Below the pieces are notes generated by a model. It was not told where the DNA came from, made no database searches, and saw only the letters and a list, made by a program, of their open reading frames with translations. Shown here piece by piece: positions 29,116 through 37,503 of a stretch of 64,000 nucleotides of DNA. Position 1 is the first letter of the stretch; every line of letters starts with the position of its first letter. Made by a program: the position numbers and the translations under genes. Source of the stretch: a virus. Its lineage: Duplodnaviria > Caudoviricetes. The stretch is taken from positions 1 to 64,000 of IMG/VR virus record IMGVR_UViG_3300032295_003392. The stretch is one strand, 5' to 3'.

Positions 29116-29745
29116 ATGAAAATAGCACTAACAGGTAATTATTATTCGGGCCAAGACGAAGTCACATTTCTTCTAAGAGATAAGAACGTTCCAGTGTTCG
29201 ATGCTGATGTAGTTTTGAAATACTTTCTGAACTTTTCACCTAAACACATGAATAAGATATCAAGAGTTTTTGGTGAGGATTATTATAGTTACGGTCTACT
29301 TAGATTGAATCTTTTCAAAACAACAAAAGATTGGGATAGACTCCTGAATGTTGTAGAATATGACCTCCTACAGTGTTATGAAAAGTTTAGAATCAAACAC
29401 ATAAACTCACCCTACACCGTATTCAAATGTTCTTATCTTTTTGAAAGAAATCTTCAAGATAATTTCGATAAAGTTATCTGCGCCTATAGACCAAAAAGTT
29501 ATAGAAAACATGATATAAAAACCTACACACACCTAGACGATACATCTACTGAACTTATTTTATCAACTGAAATGAGTGAACTTTATAAGAATAAAAAATC
29601 ACATTATATAGTCTACAATTATAATCTAACTGGTGATAAATTTTCAGATGTTGTCACTGGTCTAGAAAAAAGAATAGACCAAATACATCGGTCTATTCTT
29701 AAAAGTACATATAGTCCCAAAGACTATGAGGATTTCTATTATTAA
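29116..29745 (+). CDS. Dephospho-CoA kinase-like protein with degenerate P-loop
   Basis: MKIALTGNYYSGQDEV...VPVFDADVV...FG...LLFER-like (YLFER)...FDKVI; Walker A Lys replaced by Gln. Confidence 0.7.
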   Translation: MKIALTGNYYSGQDEVTFLLRDKNVPVFDADVVLKYFLNFSPKHMNKISRVFGEDYYSYGLLRLNLFKTTKDWDRLLNVVEYDLLQCYEKFRIKHINSPYTVFKCSYLFERNLQDNFDKVICAYRPKSYRKHDIKTYTHLDDTSTELILSTEMSELYKNKKSHYIVYNYNLTGDKFSDVVTGLEKRIDQIHRSILKSTYSPKDYEDFYY

Positions 29746-30089
29746 ACTGTCTTGATAACAATATCCTCACCAGTCTCAGCAATCATCTTGAATGTAGTCA
29801 GTGATTTTACGATAAGATACCTATCAAGGTCGTTGAAATGTTTTTTGTCATAAGAAACCTGTACAGCATTTACAAGAATGTTCATCGCTGTGGTTGGATC
29901 TAATGTTTCGGCCTTAATCAATTCCTTGATTTCCTCCATTCTTTCCTTTTCTTCCTCAGTGAGTTTTGATTCGTCAAAGGCTGGATAAGAACCATCTTCG
30001 ATGTAATCTGCATTTTCATTTAGGTTTTCAGTAACTTGTTGATTGGTTTGTGTTTCATCCCCAATGTTTTCTACATTTTCAGCATTCAT
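29742..30089 (-). CDS. Acidic hypothetical protein
   Basis: Start re-assigned to MNAENVENI at 30089. Confidence 0.6.
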   Translation of the reverse strand: MNAENVENIGDETQTNQQVTENLNENADYIEDGSYPAFDESKLTEEEKERMEEIKELIKAETLDPTTAMNILVNAVQVSYDKKHFNDLDRYLIVKSLTTFKMIAETGEDIVIKTV

Positions 30090-30120
30090 AAAATTCTTTT
30101 TTTTATTTTTATTTATTTTT

Positions 30121-30151
30121 TTTGGAATGTTTCCCTTTTTTCGTAAATTTG
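30121..30151 (+). promoter_or_regulatory. Bacteroidota housekeeping-sigma promoter
   Basis: TTTG-N19-TAAATTTG-TCAT-ATG. Confidence 0.8.
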
Positions 30152-30155
30152 TCAT

Positions 30156-30899
30156 ATGAATGTAATTTGCATAAAATCAACCAAGAGGTTAGTAAAAAAT
30201 GCCACCTATAAAGTAGCGAAATTTAGCAATATCAATGCTCAATCAAGTAGATATTTTAGACCTTCAATTACCATTTATCTTTCCGATACTGTTTTCGCAA
30301 CTTTCCCATTAGAAAGTTTCAAGCCAACTGTTGGTGATACATTTCAAACTATTAACTGGGTATCTCAAGAATATTCACAATTCTTATCTGAACGTGAGCA
30401 AACACAAATAACTAAAGATTTGAAAGCGGGTGAATATGTCGTACCAAAGTATGATTCTCTAAAAACACTAATTAGAGGAAGAAAATATAAAGTGACTGAT
30501 ATAAAGATTGACAGCCATAAAAACCACGCGGGAGTCGTCACATACAGTACTATAGAAATTAAGTTAGATGGATCTAACAGATATTATAGTTCACACAATT
30601 TCAGAAAATGCACACAACAAGAAATGCGTGAGATTGGACTCAATGAACTTTTTGATGAAAAGAGTGAAACAGAGAAAGTGAATCGATTCAAAAGAAAGTT
30701 TGATTACTTAACACCAGAAGAAAAAAAGTTAGTTCTTTTAAAACATGTTATCGTTTCAGCCAATGATAGGTTCAGAAATAGTATGGACATTATTGATTGG
30801 ACTATTGAAAAAACTGGTAAAACATATAATCTAAAAACATCAGACTTTGAAGATTTAAAGACACTAACTCTAACAGATATACTTGATATTCTTAAATAA
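30156..30899 (+). CDS. Hypothetical protein with two SH3-like modules
   Basis: LVKNATYKV and LIRGRKYKV segments; internal REIGLNELF. Confidence 0.7.
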   Translation: MNVICIKSTKRLVKNATYKVAKFSNINAQSSRYFRPSITIYLSDTVFATFPLESFKPTVGDTFQTINWVSQEYSQFLSEREQTQITKDLKAGEYVVPKYDSLKTLIRGRKYKVTDIKIDSHKNHAGVVTYSTIEIKLDGSNRYYSSHNFRKCTQQEMREIGLNELFDEKSETEKVNRFKRKFDYLTPEEKKLVLLKHVIVSANDRFRNSMDIIDWTIEKTGKTYNLKTSDFEDLKTLTLTDILDILK

Positions 30900-30927
30900 A
30901 AAAGGGGGTTTAAAACCCCCTTTTTTT
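30898..30927. terminator. Bidirectional intrinsic terminator
   Basis: A-run, GGGGGTTTAAAACCCCC, T-run between convergent genes. Confidence 0.85.
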
Positions 30928-32020
30928 ATGCTACACTCAAGAATATTTTTCTTGCTGACCTATCGACAGCGATGACTTTAACCTTGACCTCTTGACCAGA
31001 TACTATTTTCTGGTTGGTTTTATCAATTTCAGATGTGTGAATCAAAGCATTTGTTTCTTCATCCAAAGATACAAGAGCCCCAAAGGGTTTGATATCCTTA
31101 ACTTTACCACTTAGGATCTGACCAACTTTGATAGTATCCCAAAGAGTCTCTCTCAGAATTTGTGTGAGAATAATCTTATCCCTGATGATTTCCTTGATGA
31201 AGAACTCAATAGTCATACCAGGTGTAATCTCACTAATTTGAATACCACTGTTTGGGTTCATATTGGTTTTGTGAATCATACCAGTCAAACATTCATTGAA
31301 CTCAACAAATACACCGAACTCAGTGGTCCCAGTTACTTGTCCAACATAAATCTTTCCATGTTCAAGTGCTCTGATTGATTGTGGGATAAGACTTTGTAGA
31401 TACTTTCTACGACTTACAATATAAGTTCCCTCTTCCCTAGAATAAGACTCAATCATCACATCGAATGTCTGACCAATGATAGATTCTGGTTTTGCTAGTT
31501 TATTAATACCAGCGAGTGTATTTGGCATAAACCCTGGTAAACTCACACCCTCAAACTGAATGTCTACAGAATATCCTGCTGGTGTTGATTCTCTAACATA
31601 ACAAACAACCGCTGAACCTTCTTCGAGTTCTGTAAGATTTTTCCTAGCGATTCCCTCATAGAGTTCAACAAAACTAGCTTTGATAAAAAAGTCATCTTCG
31701 TTGATTTCCGTGATGAAAACATCTAATTGTTCACCAATCTCAGTGTTCTTTAAATAAGCAGCCTCACTCGGTTTATTTTCGATTCTAACAAAATCTTTGA
31801 ACCCTCCATCAAAAATAAAATAGTTTTGAGAGATACCCAAATATAAAACCTTTGTCATTTGACCGGCCTGTGGTGGTGTTACCTCATACTGGTCATAAAG
31901 TGATTGTAGTTCTTCCCTTTCCCTTTCTGTCTTTTTTAACTTTTCGAGTGTTTCAACATCGTTTGCGAATAATTCAGGATATAAATACCTGACATCACCA
32001 TATACTTTCTTTTTTCCCAT
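30926..32020 (-). CDS. rpsA: Ribosomal protein bS1-like (about four S1 domains)
   Basis: S1 repeats including GSAVVCYVRESTPAGYSVD...GFMP, GKIYVGQVTGTTEFGVFVEF...GMIH, GQILSGKVKDIKPFGALVSL...ALIH. Confidence 0.85.
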   Translation of the reverse strand: MGKKKVYGDVRYLYPELFANDVETLEKLKKTEREREELQSLYDQYEVTPPQAGQMTKVLYLGISQNYFIFDGGFKDFVRIENKPSEAAYLKNTEIGEQLDVFITEINEDDFFIKASFVELYEGIARKNLTELEEGSAVVCYVRESTPAGYSVDIQFEGVSLPGFMPNTLAGINKLAKPESIIGQTFDVMIESYSREEGTYIVSRRKYLQSLIPQSIRALEHGKIYVGQVTGTTEFGVFVEFNECLTGMIHKTNMNPNSGIQISEITPGMTIEFFIKEIIRDKIILTQILRETLWDTIKVGQILSGKVKDIKPFGALVSLDEETNALIHTSEIDKTNQKIVSGQEVKVKVIAVDRSARKIFLSVA

Positions 32021-32064
32021 AATTTTAATGAATATTAATCTTTTATGAGAACTCGGTAAAAAGT

Positions 32065-32439
32065 TTATGATTTAAGATTTTTTTTGGATTTTATGTTTTT
32101 TAAATAGTCTCGTATTCTTATTGCATCTTCATACCTTTCTTCTACTATACAATTCTGTAGTTCATTTTCCAGTTCCTTTATCACATCTTCGTTAAATGAT
32201 TTACCAGTATCAGATTTGGTTATAAGTTTTTTGAAAAAGTCTGTCATTTGGTCTATATTTAAAAAATATACAGATGCCAATTTTGACTCATCTACATCTT
32301 TCTTTTCAAAGTTTTTCAATTTATCAAAAAAATCTTTATTCAAAGCATCGTTATCAATTAAATATTTCGCAAGGTGGTTTGGTCGGTTTATGAAAAACTT
32401 CAAAAATTTAGATAGAGTTTTATATTGTTCTTCCCCCAT
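32065..32439 (-). CDS. UvrB/UvrC-motif (UVR) protein
   Basis: C-terminal ELQNCIVEERYEDAIRIRDYLK. Confidence 0.75.
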   Translation of the reverse strand: MGEEQYKTLSKFLKFFINRPNHLAKYLIDNDALNKDFFDKLKNFEKKDVDESKLASVYFLNIDQMTDFFKKLITKSDTGKSFNEDVIKELENELQNCIVEERYEDAIRIRDYLKNIKSKKNLKS

Positions 32440-32444
32440 CCTTA

Positions 32445-33131
32445 TTATAGTTTTTTAAAGTAAATATTGTAATAATATTTGAATGAGAAATCCTCAGCGT
32501 TTTTCGTTTGTTTAAAAGAAATTTGTACCAATGAATTATCCTCAGTGTATACTGGTGTGAATGTCGTGAATTTATTAGCATCACCTTCTATAAACGGGTC
32601 GAATATGTTTTTATATTGTAAAGTATTATCACCACACAAATCAACAGGCAGTAAGAAAATCTCTAATTTATCCACAGTATATCTTGAATAGATATTTTTG
32701 TCTATATAATCAAATATTGCGGTATCTACACTATTTTCCAAAACGTGTTCATTTTTGACACCCTCAAATGTTCTGTATCTTTTCAGAGTAGCAAAAAGAT
32801 AATTCCTCATTATGGTTTTCAAATTTATAGTTAAAACCCACTTTGTTAAATCCCTCTTTTCGTCATCCGTTTGAACACCAAAGGCAAGTCTGTGATTCAC
32901 ATTCTTATCGATAGTCGCATCATATACAATTTCTGGCAACTCTAACTCGTTGTCCAAATCTCTTTGTTCCCCATTACCAGCTTGATAATAAACTAAGTTA
33001 TCTTTTAATATTGACAAAGAATCTTCGATTTCCATCATTTTTGAACCAAAAAACGCACAGTCTTCCCTCATATTTAGTGTTCCATAAACTCTGTTGTAAA
33101 TAAACTCAGGACTGATATAGGTTCTTCTCAT
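32445..33131 (-). CDS. Hypothetical protein, probably structural
   Basis: 228-aa ORF in an operon with large virion-like genes. Confidence 0.55.
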   Translation of the reverse strand: MRRTYISPEFIYNRVYGTLNMREDCAFFGSKMMEIEDSLSILKDNLVYYQAGNGEQRDLDNELELPEIVYDATIDKNVNHRLAFGVQTDDEKRDLTKWVLTINLKTIMRNYLFATLKRYRTFEGVKNEHVLENSVDTAIFDYIDKNIYSRYTVDKLEIFLLPVDLCGDNTLQYKNIFDPFIEGDANKFTTFTPVYTEDNSLVQISFKQTKNAEDFSFKYYYNIYFKKL

Positions 33132-33143
33132 TTGTATAAAAAA

Positions 33144-36100
33144 TTAATTTGTATCGGGTTGTCCAACATTTATATTTGTTAATGTCTGAAGGGGGTCAAT
33201 AAGATCCGTGTCTACACACTCATATAAATATTCGAAATCCCAAGTAGATTTGAAAATGAACTTTCTGACAACATGATAAGCAAATTCATCTAACATTGGA
33301 AAAACTGAAAAAAGATTTGTGTTATTTGCCAATTTTAACACACTTTTGAATCTATTTACCTTGGAAACTACGATTTCACCACTAATACCGAAATTTGTAA
33401 GCTCTGTATCAAATAAAAAGTTGTCGTGACTCTGTGTATAGGTGCTGACCTTGAACAATTCAATATTTCTGAATATGGGACTATATGGACCCGAGTGTCT
33501 ATAGAAAGTAAATATATTAGAGTATATTTGACTACTGTAAAACGGAATAGATGATAATGTCAAATTAGAATAATAATTTATTTTTGATGTATCTTCCAGA
33601 TTAGAAGCAACCAATTGTCGTTTCGGTTTTATTAAATTTGCATTTAGTGGCACTGGTTCATTGAAATAGTTTCTAAGTACTTTTATTGATGTGTTAGCAT
33701 CACTAATCCTAAATGATATTGGTTTCTTATCAATGCTCGATGGAATAGCATGGTCATATACAAATAATTTTCCCGACTCATCAATTACAACATATTTCAA
33801 ATATTGACTGAACCCATTTAAAATATTTGGATTATTGAATAACTGCCTCATGTTGACCGCAACAAATTTATTAAATTTTCCATCATAAATTTTATCTCTG
33901 TCTGTATTATTCAACATGCTATTATCAAATAACCAAGTTGTCCCATCTTTGATAGCCTTTGAAAAAAGCCTGTCATTCACGTAAATATTCAAAAGAATAT
34001 TTTTGTATTTCTTATTTATATAGACGGTGACCCCATTATTAGCTCGGTCAATGTATTTTATGTTTGGGTCTGGAGAGGATGGCAATTCACTTTTTCTACA
34101 AATAAAATAAGTTCCCCCCTGAGATATAATATTGTTATCTCTCATATTTGGACCGTAAGATGTATTCGTATCCAAAACGAAAGAATGTACCTTTATCCAT
34201 CGACTATCTTCTCCAGGATTTTTAATAACGGTTCTCTGTGATCCAGCATATCCAATTGCAACTGATGATAAATATACCGACTCATTGTAAAAAACATATT
34301 GACCCTTTTGGAACCAAAAACCAACTTGTGTTGTGACCGTTGGGTAATTTGATGGAGTGCCCTCACCTACAAAAGCCGGGCCAGCGTAAACCAATACACC
34401 ACTAGGTGTAAATCCAAGATTTACCGCAAAAGTGTATATAATACTATCCCATTTTATTACCTCTCTCCACTTTAATCTAGCTTCCGCTTCCACTCTTTGA
34501 GCAGCTCCAACAACCCTTCTCCAAAATACTGTTGTAGTCGTTGGTTCAAAACGGTTTCTGTCAATTGTAGACCTATAGAAATCTCCTTTGTGATAAACAA
34601 TTTCATCAGTAGAATATCCTATGTAAAAGGGGTTTCTTGGTAATGTACCACCCTTTTCTCTTGGTTGGTAATAATTTGGTATCCAAAAATCCCACAAGCC
34701 TGTTATAGCACCAGCACCTGCAGGCCATTTATAAAAAAAATATTTTCCATATTTATATACCAGAGACGGGAAATTGCCAAACTCCGTCATATTATTATCG
34801 TTTATGATAACATTTGAACCCTGTTTAAGACTATTATCAGGGAATCTCTTATTGGACAAATCTGGCCTCCAAAATATAGTAGATTGTGTGAAAAAACTCC
34901 ACTCACTCCTAAACCAAGGTGTTTGTGAAAAACTCGTACCCGCCGTCACACCGGTGTTTGCTATGAATAAAGTTTCGTCAAGGATAACTAAATCTCCAGC
35001 ATTATATGAACCAATAAGATTCAAATTTGCACCAGGTGAAGCATTTTTATAATAATCAATCTGGTCCCAAACCATTACATTTTGTATTTTCTGAACATAT
35101 CCAGCATTTGGTACAGTACTTACACTATATGATGTGCCAGCAGTATTGATGACTGTCGCGGGATATACATCATAATTATTTTCCGTCATGATGGCAGCAA
35201 ACTTATAACCATCATACTCATCTTCATTTATAGGGTTAAAGGAACCAATCTCAAATTGTAAACCGCGAAAAACTGTTTTATTAATTTTTACCGTATTTAT
35301 GTTCGTAAAAAGACCTGGTCTAAAGAAATTGGAAACATTGTTTAACCCGAATTCGTTTTTTGGTAAAAACTCAGACCATTTATGAGTATTTTTTACAATT
35401 TTTCCATTTGAAAAGAAAGATTTTTTACCAAAAAAATAAGTAAAATAATCCAAATCGTAATTTTGACCCAAATATTTGTCTAATTCAAAATTAAAATTTG
35501 GTATTGTATGGTCCTCCACATGTAAACTATGATGTGAATAAGAACTTGTTGCAGAATTGACTGTGTAAAAATAGTCTAGATTTTTCTCAACCCTTCTCGG
35601 TGTATATTCAAGAAAATTAGTTGTTCTATTGAATACCTGTGATTGTATCGCAAGTGTCATGTAGTATGGATAATCATTTGAATCAAGTGACCTACTAAAT
35701 CCCCATTTTACAAATTTTGGGTTCTTGTTCCACAAATTTGTTAAAACTAAATTTGACAAATTACCTTTCACTTGGAAGGTTTCAAAGGTCGATGTGTATT
35801 CAGATGATGCTGGTAAATAAACATTTTGATTACCTACTTTATACACATCAAATGTTCTATTATCTGGCCTAACGACATACAACTTAGGTTCTTCCGTACT
35901 GATAATCTCATCTTCCTTGTCATATTCAAATTTGGCGTATTCAGTCTCAACAATGTCTGTGTCGAAATCTTTTATATCAGTAAACTGACACCTATAAATA
36001 CTAAAAATAACTGGCCTGAGCGTTTGTTCAAGTAAAATTCTGAATGATTTTCTTGTTGAAGGATCTGGGTCATTTATATAATAATCAATCTTACTTTCAT

Positions 36101-37475
36101 TTTGTTCGAATGCGTAGTCAGTGTGAATGCAAATAAATCCTTGTTGATTTTTCCTCAATTTGAAAAACTCACCATTAATTTTCATTATCCACATATCATA
36201 TTGTTCGAAATTGTCTAAAGTAAAAGGTGTATCATCGTTTAGTTTTATTCTATTCTCATTATTCTCAAAAACTATTTTAATCTTCTCATTTAATACTTTT
36301 GGTGTGATTCTTTTACCAAAAAGATCTGTATCACTAATTATTTTATATCGGATAGTTTTATCCCTACTCACTTGATTAGAACTGATGTTACTACTCGTTT
36401 GTTGTGGCTTTGATGAAAAAGTATTACATTCAGGACACTCCCTTATCAAATATATTTTACCATCGACCTCTATAAATTTATTCAAATCATTTAGTGCAAC
36501 ATCATCTACAAAAATACCACCACCAGATATTGATTCAAGAATATTATTAAATCCTATTACCACATCATCCTTTAACTTAGGAAAAACCGACACAGTAACC
36601 TCTTTTTCTAAAACAAAATTATCAAAGTAAAATCCCATATATCGATTCAAAGACCACTTCCTCAAGGTTGTTGGAGTTGCGGGCATATCATCAAATAAAA
36701 ATGAAAAGTTTATAATGTGTGGATAAATTACACCAAGTGACCTATATGAATCTGTAATATAAGACTGCATATCCGAAAATGAGGTGCCCTCTAAGTCTGT
36801 CTGTTTCCGAAGATTCGAAGTCATGGTAACAAAATTAGCATCACCTGGTTGAGTTGGATATTTTATTCCAGTTATTGAAAATTTCTTTTCATAATATGAT
36901 ATGTTCAAAGAGTTCCTTGGAAAAAATCCATTTAATAAAATGGATTTACTAATAAAATTACCCAAAGATGTCTCAGAAAATAAATCAAATACCTTTACCA
37001 CTTTCATGTTTTGTAATATCTCCGACCTAAAATTATTCTTTGTCAAATTGATATTACCAGGACCGTCTATTCTGAATATTCCGAAGAATTTTGGCATGGC
37101 CTTTTTTTCAATGTGTAAAGGAGCAAAATATTCAAATTCCTCATCAAAGTCTTTGTTGTTGGATATATTTCTAGCACCACTAAAATAAATGTCATCGTAT
37201 TGCTTGAAGAAATCTTTGCCCATGTTTTTTCTATCATTCTCTGAATCATTTCTAACAGCAAATGCATTGTCTTTCAGAGTGTTTCTCCAATAATCACATA
37301 GTGCAAATTCCCAAGTTGTTAGTTTGGAAATTTCCCTTTTCTTTAGGTTTATATCGTTTAAAGCTGGTACAGAATTTATTGAATCAAAGTAAATACTACC
37401 GGACGCACCAACAACTATTTTTACGTTGGTGGTAAGAGCTACGTTTGTTCTTAATAGAGCATGACTTTTCATCAA
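33144..37475 (-). CDS. Large putative virion protein (1443 aa) with CBM5/12-like aromatic repeats
   Basis: YNAGDLVIL, YSTDEIVYHKGDFY...FW, FQKGQYVFYNESVY...RW modules. Confidence 0.55.
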   Translation of the reverse strand: MMKSHALLRTNVALTTNVKIVVGASGSIYFDSINSVPALNDINLKKREISKLTTWEFALCDYWRNTLKDNAFAVRNDSENDRKNMGKDFFKQYDDIYFSGARNISNNKDFDEEFEYFAPLHIEKKAMPKFFGIFRIDGPGNINLTKNNFRSEILQNMKVVKVFDLFSETSLGNFISKSILLNGFFPRNSLNISYYEKKFSITGIKYPTQPGDANFVTMTSNLRKQTDLEGTSFSDMQSYITDSYRSLGVIYPHIINFSFLFDDMPATPTTLRKWSLNRYMGFYFDNFVLEKEVTVSVFPKLKDDVVIGFNNILESISGGGIFVDDVALNDLNKFIEVDGKIYLIRECPECNTFSSKPQQTSSNISSNQVSRDKTIRYKIISDTDLFGKRITPKVLNEKIKIVFENNENRIKLNDDTPFTLDNFEQYDMWIMKINGEFFKLRKNQQGFICIHTDYAFEQNESKIDYYINDPDPSTRKSFRILLEQTLRPVIFSIYRCQFTDIKDFDTDIVETEYAKFEYDKEDEIISTEEPKLYVVRPDNRTFDVYKVGNQNVYLPASSEYTSTFETFQVKGNLSNLVLTNLWNKNPKFVKWGFSRSLDSNDYPYYMTLAIQSQVFNRTTNFLEYTPRRVEKNLDYFYTVNSATSSYSHHSLHVEDHTIPNFNFELDKYLGQNYDLDYFTYFFGKKSFFSNGKIVKNTHKWSEFLPKNEFGLNNVSNFFRPGLFTNINTVKINKTVFRGLQFEIGSFNPINEDEYDGYKFAAIMTENNYDVYPATVINTAGTSYSVSTVPNAGYVQKIQNVMVWDQIDYYKNASPGANLNLIGSYNAGDLVILDETLFIANTGVTAGTSFSQTPWFRSEWSFFTQSTIFWRPDLSNKRFPDNSLKQGSNVIINDNNMTEFGNFPSLVYKYGKYFFYKWPAGAGAITGLWDFWIPNYYQPREKGGTLPRNPFYIGYSTDEIVYHKGDFYRSTIDRNRFEPTTTTVFWRRVVGAAQRVEAEARLKWREVIKWDSIIYTFAVNLGFTPSGVLVYAGPAFVGEGTPSNYPTVTTQVGFWFQKGQYVFYNESVYLSSVAIGYAGSQRTVIKNPGEDSRWIKVHSFVLDTNTSYGPNMRDNNIISQGGTYFICRKSELPSSPDPNIKYIDRANNGVTVYINKKYKNILLNIYVNDRLFSKAIKDGTTWLFDNSMLNNTDRDKIYDGKFNKFVAVNMRQLFNNPNILNGFSQYLKYVVIDESGKLFVYDHAIPSSIDKKPISFRISDANTSIKVLRNYFNEPVPLNANLIKPKRQLVASNLEDTSKINYYSNLTLSSIPFYSSQIYSNIFTFYRHSGPYSPIFRNIELFKVSTYTQSHDNFLFDTELTNFGISGEIVVSKVNRFKSVLKLANNTNLFSVFPMLDEFAYHVVRKFIFKSTWDFEYLYECVDTDLIDPLQTLTNINVGQPDTN

Positions 37476-37503
37476 TTTTATTTATTTTATTTCTAAATTA
37501 TAT

